A stretch of DNA of 64,000 bases from Caecitellus pseudoparvulus (Eukaryota; Protista; Bigyra: Bicosoecida): positions 744,001-808,000 of the forward strand of contig CBFFRQ010000089.1 of assembly GCA_965644315.1 (NCBI GenBank), read 5' to 3'. Both the position numbers and the translations under genes were made by a program. This document shows, in pieces, positions 1-9,900 of the stretch (the first letter of the stretch is position 1; every line of letters begins with the position of its first letter). Under the pieces are notes generated by a model. It was not told where the DNA came from, made no database searches, and saw only the letters and a list, made by a program, of their open reading frames with translations.

Positions 1-1194
1 TTCTGGCTCAAGTGGATGCAGCGCTTCCCAGACGTTGCAGCCCTGGCCACCGCGCCTGCGGAGGACGTCCTTGCTGCCTGGGCCGGGCTGGGGTTCTACC
101 GCAGGGCACGGTCCCTGCACAAAGGCGCGCAGTTCATCATGTCCCAATGCGCCGGCCGCGTCCCTACGACTGTGAAGGAACTGTTGCGAGTGCCTTCCAT
201 CGGCCCCTACACGGCCGGTGCCGTGGCTAGCATCGCCCTGGGGCAGCAGGAGGCAGTCGTGGACGGGAACGTCATCCGTGTGTGGTGCCGCATGCACCGC
301 ATGGCCCTGGACCCCAAGGCACCAGCAACCGCCAAGACCTGCTGGCCCCTCTCTCGCAGCATCGTCCCGGCCCACCGCCCCGGTGACTTCAACCAGGCCC
401 TTATGGAGCTGGGCGCCACCATCTGCACGCCCAAGGCGCCTGCATGCGACGCATGCCCAGTGGCACCCTGGTGTGCTGCCAGGGCTGAGAGCGTGGCCAA
501 ACAAGAGCCAGGGGTGGTCCTGCAGTACCCAGCTGCAGCCAGCAAGAAGCCCCAGAAGCAGGTGGCCGGGTGCATGACACCGGTGCTGGGTGTGGATGGG
601 CAGGGGCGATTGGGAACCCTCTTGCGTCGACGGCAGTCCAAAGGCGGGCTCCTGGCTGGCGCGTTCGAGCCTCCTGGAGCACTGCAGCTTCTCTCTGCCG
701 CAGCAGGTGGTGCCGCGGGAGGAGGGGCGAGCGACCCGCCACCCACACCCCTGCCCTCACACGAAGAGATACTGCAAGAGGCGCTGCCTGAGGCACCTAT
801 GCTGGACTGGGGCGATGAGCACACCATCACGCATGTGTTCAGCGGGGTCACACACACGCTGCGCGTGCGAGGGGCCTGGGCGGGCGCCCTTCCCGCTGGC
901 ACCTGCCTGGCAGACACACCCTCCCCTCCCACTGCACAAGGACAGGCCGGGCCCTATGCCTGGTATGCCTTCGCTGCTCTGCCCCAGCTGGGCCTGACCA
1001 CATGGGCTTGCAAGATCCTTGCCACGGGCCTTGCCCGCGCACACGCCCCCTCCTCTGCCCGAGACGCTCTGTCCAGTCCACACGTGCAGCCCGCCCTGGC
1101 GCTGTTGGCAGCCCGCGGCAAGGCGAAAGCTGCCAAGCGCCGTGGCCCAGAGCCTGGTAGTGGCGCCGGCCCCGCGAAAATGGCTCGCAAGTAA
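1..1194 (+). CDS. MUTYH: A/G-specific adenine DNA glycosylase (MutY/MUTYH), 5' end outside the window
   Basis: Frame is open from base 1 (FWLKWMQRFP). Motifs: WAGLGFYRRARSLH, HhH-like VPSIGPYTAGAVASIA, catalytic VVDGNVIRV, GDFNQALMELGATIC, Fe-S loop CTPKAPACDACPVAPWC, and a C-terminal NUDIX-like segment (GGLLAGAFEPP, ITHVFS). Confidence 0.95.
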   Translation, partial: FWLKWMQRFPDVAALATAPAEDVLAAWAGLGFYRRARSLHKGAQFIMSQCAGRVPTTVKELLRVPSIGPYTAGAVASIALGQQEAVVDGNVIRVWCRMHRMALDPKAPATAKTCWPLSRSIVPAHRPGDFNQALMELGATICTPKAPACDACPVAPWCAARAESVAKQEPGVVLQYPAAASKKPQKQVAGCMTPVLGVDGQGRLGTLLRRRQSKGGLLAGAFEPPGALQLLSAAAGGAAGGGASDPPPTPLPSHEEILQEALPEAPMLDWGDEHTITHVFSGVTHTLRVRGAWAGALPAGTCLADTPSPPTAQGQAGPYAWYAFAALPQLGLTTWACKILATGLARAHAPSSARDALSSPHVQPALALLAARGKAKAAKRRGPEPGSGAGPAKMARK

Positions 1195-1228
1195 CGCATG
1201 CCCACCTCCCACGAGCAGCGTGCATTGC

Positions 1229-3015
1229 CTACAGTTCCACCGACTCGACCAGGTCAAAGTCCCCCAAGAATGCATCCAGGCCTTCAGCACCACCCGGCAA
1301 GGCTTCTGTCGTGCTGTCGTCCAGCCCTTCTGCAGGCTCGGGAGCGCTGTCCTCCACTGGCGCAGATGGCGAATGCGCTGCCGAGTCACCCAGCGACCGC
1401 GAGTCACCCAGCGACAGCCCCAGGTCCTCGCCACCACCAGCCGCGCCCCAGGCCGAAGCCTGCTTGGGCGAGGCGGCCTTGGTTGGCGACAGGGACTCCA
1501 GGGGCACAGCCGTGGCCGACAGCACCTGCTCCTCGCCATCCTCCCCCCCCTCGGCGCCGGCCGCCTCCACCGACTCCTCCACCTCTTCGATGCTTTCATC
1601 CAGCTCATCCTCCTCGAAGTCGGAATCGCCGTACTCATCCTCACTGCTGCTTCCGTCCCCCGCTGCGTCGCCCTCTGCGGGGGGCGCGCCTCGCTCCTGC
1701 ACACTGCGCGCTCCCAGCGTCACCCCAGGCTGTGATGTCAACGCCCCCCGCAGCTCTGCACTCGTGGCTGTGTCTTCGAACGAGCTGCTGAGGTCTGCTG
1801 CAGAGGTGGCATGCTCAGGGCCGGGGGACAGGGCTGAGGTCTCCACGCCTCGAGGGGCAGGGGGCGGCGAATCGTCCCCAGAGCCCTGGCCGCCAACTGC
1901 ATCCCGCAGGCCCTCCAAGGAGCCCATGCTGCCCAGGGCCGGAACACTGGGGCCTGTTCCCGGAAGGGGAGGAGGAGAGGAACCCAGCGCAGGCACTGGG
2001 GCTGGCCTAGAGTGGGTGTCCGCTGTGGTGTCTGCAGGGGGGGGCGCGTCCGCGCCGGACTCAGTGCCTTCTTCGCCCAGAGCGCCGGAGAGGGCAGCCA
2101 TGAGGTCTGCATCAGACACGGCTTCCTTCTCCTCCTCTGTGCGGGTGGCAGTGGGCAGAGCGGTCAAGCTGGGGGCCCCCACCAAGCCATGCGGAGCTGC
2201 TCCAGCCTCAGACCTCGTAGAGTCGTCCAGTGCTGCCGAGGACTCGAAGCTCTCGTCTGCATAGCCAGACGGGGACTGGATACCTCCCACTTTGGCGGGG
2301 GGGCTCTTGAGAGGGGACAGGGCTTCAGGCGAGGGGGGCGCTGCCCTCTCCTGTGCCCCCGAGCTCATGCGCCACTGTGGGGAGGCAGAGGGTGTGCCTT
2401 CGCTCACAGACGAGCCCCCGCCCTCCACGAGAGCCGCCAACAAAGGCCGCCGTGCAGACGGCTCTTCTATGCCCAGATGCCGCTGCAACATGCTCCGGTC
2501 CATCGTTGCGGCAGTGGGGTCCTGTGCTTGGCAGCGCGAGAGGGTGTGCAAGGCCAGCCTGCAACGGCCAGCCCACGACCAGCACTCACTGATGATGCTT
2601 CACTGGCCAGGACATTGCTGGTGTGCTGGAGGTTGTAGAACTCCAGAAATTCTCTCAGCAAGCTCAGCATCACAGGGCCTGAGGGCAAGGGCACATGTGG
2701 GAGTTCGGCACCAGTGCGACGGCCGAGCCGGCGTTTCGCTGCGCAAGTAACGCACCTGCAGGGTCGTCTGCCAGCTCCTGGAAGCGCGTGTTGGCTCCAT
2801 GAATGCCCTGCTTGCGCTCTTCCTCATCAATTGCAGTAAAGACAGCCGCTCGCAGTTGGGCCTGCATCGTGTGCCAGGCGTGAGTGGGGGCACGTGCCCA
2901 CGCTGAAGCAGACTGGCGCAAGCGCACACACCCTGATGCTGGCCAGCACGCCACTGTTCTCCAACGTCTGGGCCACCATGCCCTTCACCTCCTCAATGGA
3001 GTCCAAGCCCTCCAT
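1229..3015 (-). CDS. CEP43: Centrosomal protein FOP/FGFR1OP (CEP43)-like: LisH N-terminus plus long acidic low-complexity tail; 4 exons
   Basis: Splicing introns 2931-2862, 2755-2679 and 2589-2522 (all GT..AG, frames compatible) gives MEGLDSIEEVKGMVAQTLENSGVLASIR|AQLRAAVFTAIDEEE...|GPVMLSLLREFLEFYNLQHTSNVLASEA. This is the FOP N-terminal dimerisation/LisH signature. The C-terminus ends DFDLVESVEL. Confidence 0.85.
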
Positions 3016-3117
3016 GATGCAAGGGGGGACTTCTCTCTGCCCACAGGTGCGATGCAGCTAGGGCAGCCACCCAGTGAATGTGCGTTGAGAGAGGTTGGAT
3101 TTTACGCACGCCCTACG

Positions 3118-4818
3118 TCAAGCACGCCACGCTGAGATGGGCGCAGCTTGCAGCGCTGCTGCCCGCTTCCGCATGGCTACAAACCACAGCAACGCTGCGA
3201 CGATGAGCCCCCCCACGACATAGCTGTACCCATCTCGGCGTTCTTGGCACTGGCCACCTCCGGCCGTGCAAGCAGCGTCTGGCACAGCGGCGCCCTCGCC
3301 ACATGCCAGCCCGGCATGCTCCCCCCCCACACACTCATGCACCTCCAGGAAGCGCATGAGAGACAAGGTGGTGGGCACAGCCCACATGTGACCCAGGTTT
3401 GCAATGGTGTTCAACAGGGTCATGTAGGTTCCGCCGATGGCTGGGTCAGCGACTCGGTTGTGGAACGCCATTTGAGCGACGAACTGGGCCGTGCCACACG
3501 CCTTGTACACGCCATACACGACAAGGAAGGCAATGGCCCACGTGCTGGACACACCGCCTGCCCCAGCAGTGGTAGCAGCATCAGGCAGAGCCACAATCAT
3601 GGCCAAGCACAGGCCCAGCATGGCCACACGAGGCACGTAAACTGTCATCCACAGCCGCAGCGGAGCCTGACCTGCAGCGATGCCTGCAAGCAGCACGCTC
3701 AGCCCCACATCCACCACACTCATTGCCACCCCAACCTTGACGAGGGTGCTGCGATCGAAGCCCTTCTCCAGCAACTCCAAGTCCAGCCCTGACTCGAACG
3801 CCGAGAAGGCAACCTTGCTTGTCAGCAGCAGCAGTGCAAAGGACTGCACGGCTGGCAGCTGCACGATGCGGAAAATATCGCCGTAAGTTTGCACCACTGC
3901 CTGTGTAACGCCTGGCCGACAAAAAGAAGCACGAGTGGGCGGCAGGCTGGCAGCTGGTGGCTGCTCAGCGGCCTCGCTGTCACTGTGTGGGGAGGGAGTG
4001 CTGGAGGCGCTTCCTGTGCTTCGCCGCAGCAAGCCGGGAGAGCGGGCTCGGATTAAAGGCTTTTGCTCTTCCGCTGTGGCAGGAACGCCTGCCGGGCCGC
4101 TGGTGGCCGCAGCCCCTTCGTCAGCCTGCTCCGGTTTCTCACTCTTGACCAGCGCCACCCCCACTGTCACAAGCACGAACACCAGCCCACACACCTGCAT
4201 GAACTGCCCAACCGACACGAAGCCGTCCTGGGTCAGGGCCAGGAGCAGTGTGTAGGATGACAGGGAGCCCACCACCTGCCCGACGCTGTTGGCAACGCTC
4301 GCGTACCCTACGTTTTTGGGCTGCAGCATTGTGAGGGCCCAGCCGTCCACGGCAATGTCCTGTGTGGCGACAAGCAGGTACACCGCAAAGAAAATGACTG
4401 TTAGGACAACTACATCCCCTGTCGTCTGAGGCTTGAGCAGTGTGTCCAGGAGGTCCCCGGACAGCAGCATGATCCAGCCCACGAGCAGCTGGATGGGGAC
4501 GACCCAGGTCTTGCGACGGCCCCAAGCCGGCACGTACAGCGCATCCACAACTGGAGCCCACAGCATCTTCAGACTGTAGGGCCAGGTGACGTTGGAGAAG
4601 ATGGCCTTGGCGCCGTAACCCATCCCTTGCTCCTTTAGCAGCACTGGGATGCTGGACGCCAGCCCCATTGGAATGCCCTGCAGAATGTACAGCACCAGCA
4701 GGAGGAGGAACGGCGCCCAGTCCTCGGAAAGGTTCGCAGGCTCTGTTTTAGCAGGGGAGTTCGGCTGTACAGAGGCAGCTGCCTCCGCAGCGGCCTTTCG
4801 TGTGGGAGCAGTGGCCAT
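3118..4818 (-). CDS. SLC33A1: Acetyl-CoA transporter 1 (SLC33A1/AT-1, AmpG-like MFS)
   Basis: Motifs LLLVLYILQGIPMGL, WPYSLKMLWAPVVDALY..WGRRKTWVVPIQ, ATQDIAVDGWALTML, and MAFHNRVADPAIGGTYMTLLNTIANLG. ATG taken at 4818 (MATAPTRK). Confidence 0.93.
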   Translation of the reverse strand: MATAPTRKAAAEAAASVQPNSPAKTEPANLSEDWAPFLLLLVLYILQGIPMGLASSIPVLLKEQGMGYGAKAIFSNVTWPYSLKMLWAPVVDALYVPAWGRRKTWVVPIQLLVGWIMLLSGDLLDTLLKPQTTGDVVVLTVIFFAVYLLVATQDIAVDGWALTMLQPKNVGYASVANSVGQVVGSLSSYTLLLALTQDGFVSVGQFMQVCGLVFVLVTVGVALVKSEKPEQADEGAAATSGPAGVPATAEEQKPLIRARSPGLLRRSTGSASSTPSPHSDSEAAEQPPAASLPPTRASFCRPGVTQAVVQTYGDIFRIVQLPAVQSFALLLLTSKVAFSAFESGLDLELLEKGFDRSTLVKVGVAMSVVDVGLSVLLAGIAAGQAPLRLWMTVYVPRVAMLGLCLAMIVALPDAATTAGAGGVSSTWAIAFLVVYGVYKACGTAQFVAQMAFHNRVADPAIGGTYMTLLNTIANLGHMWAVPTTLSLMRFLEVHECVGGEHAGLACGEGAAVPDAACTAGGGQCQERRDGYSYVVGGLIVAALLWFVAMRKRAAALQAAPISAWRA

Positions 4819-5237
4819 GAGGCAGCGACGTGAGAGCCAGTCCAACTTCCGCAAACACGCGCGCCCTCTAAGCGCCTCTGCTGCCCGAAGGCAGTGCTGC
4901 AGCGGCCTGCAGTGCAACGGTCACGAGAAAGATGGTTTATTGGCCAGGCCCTGGCATGGCATGGGCGGGCTGTTTGTTTTGCCAAGGCCGTGCTGTGCGA
5001 CGGTGACAGGCGGGGTTGGGACAGGCACTGCTGTCACTTGTTTGCTTGCGCCAAAACCACCTGTACCATTCACCCCTTCCACTCTGAAGCGCGCCCCATG
5101 ACAGGAGGTGGCGAACATTGAGAGCCACTTGCCTCAGTCCGTGGATCTGTCTCCCGTTCCCCGTGCCAGCGGATGGACAGCCGGTAAGCTGGACCAGCAC
5201 CTCTTCGAGAAGCCAGGCAAATCGACAGCTCAGCAGC

Positions 5238-6951
5238 ATGCCTTCTGAGGAAGGCTCTGCGCTGCTGCCGGGCGCCGCCGCTGAACATGCAGGGGGAAAA
5301 CGCAGCTCATCCACGACTCCAGGCAAGACCATGACTCCTCCACGCACGATGGGTGCTGTGAAGCTCGGATTTGTTGCCTTTATCGCGGTTTGTGGAGGTG
5401 GGTTTGCCTTCGATTTCCGCACGGCAGACTGCCGCAACCCTCGTGCACGCACCTCGCAGGTCCTTTCGGCATCGAGGAGGCGGTGGGAGCAGCGGGTGTC
5501 TTGCCGACACTCATCGGACTCATTGTTCTTCCATTTCTGTGGGGCCTACCCCAGGCCCTCATGGTGCGTGCTCCCCGAGAACCATCGTCGTCTCCTGAGC
5601 AGCGACCCAGCACCCATCTACACCGCAGACTGCCGAGATGTCCACAGTGTACACGAAAAATGGGGGGTACATCACCTGGGTGTTCAGCGCCTTGGGCAAG
5701 TTCTGGGGCTTCATGAATGCGTCAAACAGCATCATGAGCAACTTGTGCGACTTGCCGACGTATGCCGTGCTGCTGGCCGAGTACGTGGGGCAACTGGGCC
5801 ACCTGGATGAGGGCGGCAAGTGGGGCATCAAAATCGGTGCCCTCCTCCTAGTCATCACACTGAACATTGTGGGCATGGAGGCGGTGAGTGCATCTTCCAT
5901 CCTCTTCGTCAGCATCATGCTGGCACCCTTCGTCGTGGAGCCCTTCCTGCACCCGCCAGCTGTGGAGAACTGGGGCAACGTCGCCCCCAGCATTGACTGG
6001 GGCGTCTTCACTGGCGCCATCTTGTGGAACTACCAGGGGTGGGACAGTCTCGGCTGCATCGCTGGCGAGGTGAAGCATGCCGAGCGCACGTATCCTATTG
6101 GCATCACCATTGCGTTGGCACTGGCCACAGTGAACTACGCGTTGCCAGTCATGGCTGGCGCAGGCATCACCACTGACTTGGACAAGTGGGACGAAGGTGG
6201 TCTCGTCTCCATCGCCTCCTCTGCTGCAACATGGCTGGGGGCTTGGGTGCTTGTTGGCGCCGCCCTCAGCGTGCTGGGCGAGTTCAACGCTGTCATGGGC
6301 ACGTCCAGCCGAGCCTTGCAGAAGATGGCAGCTTACGGCATGCTACCGAAGGCCTTAGCGGGAAATTGGACGCGGTTCCGCACCCCCGTCCCCGCGATCC
6401 TCATGCAAGGCTTGGTTGCCGGCGTGCTCATGATGTTTTCGTTTGACATTTTGGTCGTGCTGGACACAGCCTTCAACAACCTCAGCCTCGTGTTGGAAGT
6501 GGCTGCATTCCTGCACTTGAAGCACAAGTACCCGTCTATGGCTCGCCCATACGCTGTGCCTGGCCGCCTGTGGGGTGCGTGGTTGTGCAGCATTCCGAAG
6601 TTCGGCGTCATTGCCTTTGGGCTGTACTCCATGGGATTCACATGGCAGTTGGGGGTAGTCGCGGGTGGCAACGCATTGGCTGGCTGTGCTGCGTATTTCT
6701 GGGCTTTCCACTACACGGCTGGCAAGGACGTGCGGGACGAGGATGACCCAGTTCGGTTGGCAGCTGCGCGTGTCCAGCAGCCTGCCAGCTACTTCCCAAC
6801 CCCCAGTGATGACGAGGATGGCGCTGATGAGGAGAGGTCCGATGGTGCTTCCATCGCAGGCATTGACCTGCCCGCAGTTCCTGCAGCCCTGGACGACGAC
6901 TCATCGCCTCTCGCGCGTGACCTATCCGTGCATCGCACTCGATTCCCCTGA
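5238..6951 (+). CDS. APC-family polyamine/amino-acid permease (PUT/LAT/POT1-like); 3 exons
   Basis: Introns 5398-5459 and 5564-5628 join VCG|GPFGIEEAV...WGLPQALM|[18 protein letters not shown]. Further motifs: [34 protein letters not shown]. About 12 hydrophobic segments. Confidence 0.9.
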
Positions 6952-9900
6952 AGTCACAGAGTGTCCTTTCAGGCGCCCTTCGAGTTTGACGACGTCCTTG
7001 AACACTTCCTGTCGCAAGCGAGAAAGATGGTGCTGAGATGGCATGATCCAGCGCAGAATGGAGTTTTCAGGGAGCCCGCTCCCGCCACTTTGCAGCGGAA
7101 CCTCTGCACTGGCGATGTGTGCCAAGACCTGGCACCGGCGCACAGACAGCGAACCTGAGCCTGATCCCATGGATCTTCTGTCGGGAGGCAAGTCAGGGGT
7201 GCCTAGCAGGCGAAGGGTGCTGACTTCTAAGGGCACGTTGGCGCGCAGTGCAGCCTCGGCCCCCCCCATACTCCGAACAAAGGGAGTTGACAAGGCATGG
7301 AAGTACCTGCAGGCACGAACGTACTGGTGCTCAACGTGCCCTGCGCGTGCTTCCCCACTACCATGCACCCTGAGCCACTGCATGGTGCTGTGCAGCTGCT
7401 CATCGCGCACCTTGACGACATCTTGCAGTCGCTGCCAGCGCTGGGCGCCGACTCCAGTCGCTCTGCGCGCTGCCATTTCCCCAGCATGGCAGGCGAGAAG
7501 GGATTGCCCAGGCTGCTCGGTGTCAGTCAGTCGCTGGCCAGTTTTCACAGAAGCCCGCCCGAGAGCTTGGGTGTTGTCCCCTGTTTTGTCCCCCGGTCGG
7601 GCAGCGGGAAATAGCGAGCTCCGCTCAAAGTGCTGCGGTAGCTTGTACCCCAGTGCGCCAAAGAGTGCCATACAGGCGGTGGGGGCGGCCTTGGCCAAGT
7701 GTGTGATGTACGCCACGAACCGGTGGAAAGGGAGCGAGTCCCCTGGTTGCAGGCGAACGGAGTCCACGTCCACGAGCCAGGTGGCATCAATGGCACGCAC
7801 ACGAGACCTCACAGCGTTCACATGGCTGCTGTCAAGAGCGTGCTGGAAGCGAGCTGCATGTGCTTCTCGCATGGCAGAGTGCACTGCGGTATGCAGCCGC
7901 TCGTCACTGGGGGCTCGCAGCCGAAACCAGAATGAATCCACGCCGTGCATCACAGCGTCTGTCTGTTGTTCCTTTTCTGTTGTTGGGCGCAATTGCAACG
8001 CACTGTTTTGCCCGCTTTCGCACAGCTTGGAGGTGGAGATCCTGCCTTGTTGCAAGTCACGGCCGCGATCAAAGTCCCACCAGGCTGATTCTGCGGTGGC
8101 CAGGGGAGGTGCAGCCTTTGTGGACACGCGCAAGCTGTCTGATGCCGGCTGGCAAAGCGAACGCCCTGCAGATGGTCGCCCCTCCTTGGAATCTCGCGGA
8201 CAGGATGCTCCCTCTAGGCCTGCTTGTCGTGGAGCTCGTCCACTTTGTGCAGCTTCGCTGCGATGCCCCACATTGCTTCCAGCTGCCTGTGCCAGGGCTG
8301 CCTCAGCTTCCTGCTGCAGGCGCTGGATAAGCACAGCATGGGCTTTCTGCTGCTGCGCCTGCGAGAAAAGGCCCCCCCCAGCCGCTCGCTCGGCTGGGGA
8401 ACTTGTTCGAAGTGGCTTGCGCGACTTGGTGCGTTTCGCGCCCAGTCGATCAGAGATGGCTGCCAAGCTCAGCAAGGACTCCTGCAAGCCAAACGCCCGC
8501 TCTGCCTCCTCGTCTGATATCTCAAGATCAACGCCATGCGCACCGGCAGTACTATTTGGGGCTTGATTATCGCTGCTTGAAAACCTGTGTTCGCTGCCAT
8601 CACCCGTGCCAAATATGCCTGCACTTGAACGGGCTGGAGTGTGACGCCCATGAGCGCTCTGTGAGCGTACCGTTTCATTAGCAGCGCCAGTCTCAAAACG
8701 TCTACGTTGTGGCGTGGGTGAGGTCGCTTTAGTTGGATCTGCAAGGCGCATGTGTGGTGGAGCGCGCTGGCTCAGGGTGCTGGTTGCATGGAGAAGAGCG
8801 GCTGTGCCAGGCAGTCGCAGGGTGGCCAGAGGACCAGCACGGCTCAAGTACAGGTGTGCCTGCTCCTCAAGAATGCGTTTCTTGATGTGGCGCATCAGCG
8901 CGCGGAACTGCTTCGGGGTCAGCTTCCCGTCCTGGCTGTCGTCAAAACGGGCAAAAGCTTCGTGCAAAGCTGCAACAGCAGTGTCGGCGAGCACTCGTGC
9001 AGCCCCATTGGCCTGCTGTGCCCGCCACGAATGGGCAGCAGGTCGCAAAACATGTTGAGCCACCCACTGCGAGGCTTGCACGTCCTCAGCAATGGCTCGC
9101 TGTGGGGCGAGGGGAGCGGCGAGGGGCGTCTGTGTCCCACCTGCTTCGTGTTGGGCTTGGGCGACTGCACTGCTCACGCGAGACTTGAACGCAGCCTCAA
9201 AAGCACCGCTTGTCTCTGCATGCTCGGAGATTGCAGCCTTCTTTGTTCTGCTGGTTTCGCTGAGCAGACGTTTCGCAATGACTTCAGGCTCAGGGCAGGG
9301 CGCAGCTCGCTCACCTGCAGCGTGCAGGGCGTGGATGCCAGCATCCCGCGACGGGACTGCCCCCTCCCAAGGCTTTCGGTGCACAGCTGCGGCAGAGGCC
9401 GCAGCATTGGCTGCTGCTTTCACCGCCCGGCGCAAGCGAATCGTCATGGAGGTCGCAGGCTTGCCCCCGGCACTGTGTGCCACTTGCACTGGTCGGTTGA
9501 AGACTTGCTTGGCCATGTGAGCGTAGTTCATGGTTGCCACCGTCTCCTCCGCATCAATATCTGAGGGGGAGACTGTCAGGATCATTGTTGTATAGGAAGA
9601 GCCCCCCAAAGCGTGCTGAAGCACTCGAGTCAACTTGGACTCCCGGTACGGCACGTGGGGCGCCTTTTCCACGAGGGCCTTGATGACCCTTCCAAGTGAA
9701 AGAAGGCCTTTGTTGATCAGTGATGTCTCTTGGAACCGCTCTGCTGTGCTCCCTGACCGCTTGATGTTCTCGCTGCCGCTCAGGTCAACGAGGTTCAGCC
9801 TGGACACCACCTGGCCACGGGGCGTGCTGTCCGTAGCCTCCTGTGCAATGCTGACTCGCACGGAAAACAGAGCATGGGACCTCGAGGAGTGCATGTTCAT

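Noticed and set aside
7043-8566. 507-aa + strand ORF, and many other long antisense or alternative-frame ORFs (e.g. 34738-36534, 61338-63845, 61142-62491)
   Set aside because: Shadow ORFs of real genes in GC-rich DNA. They have no recognisable motifs and Arg/Ala/Pro-biased composition.
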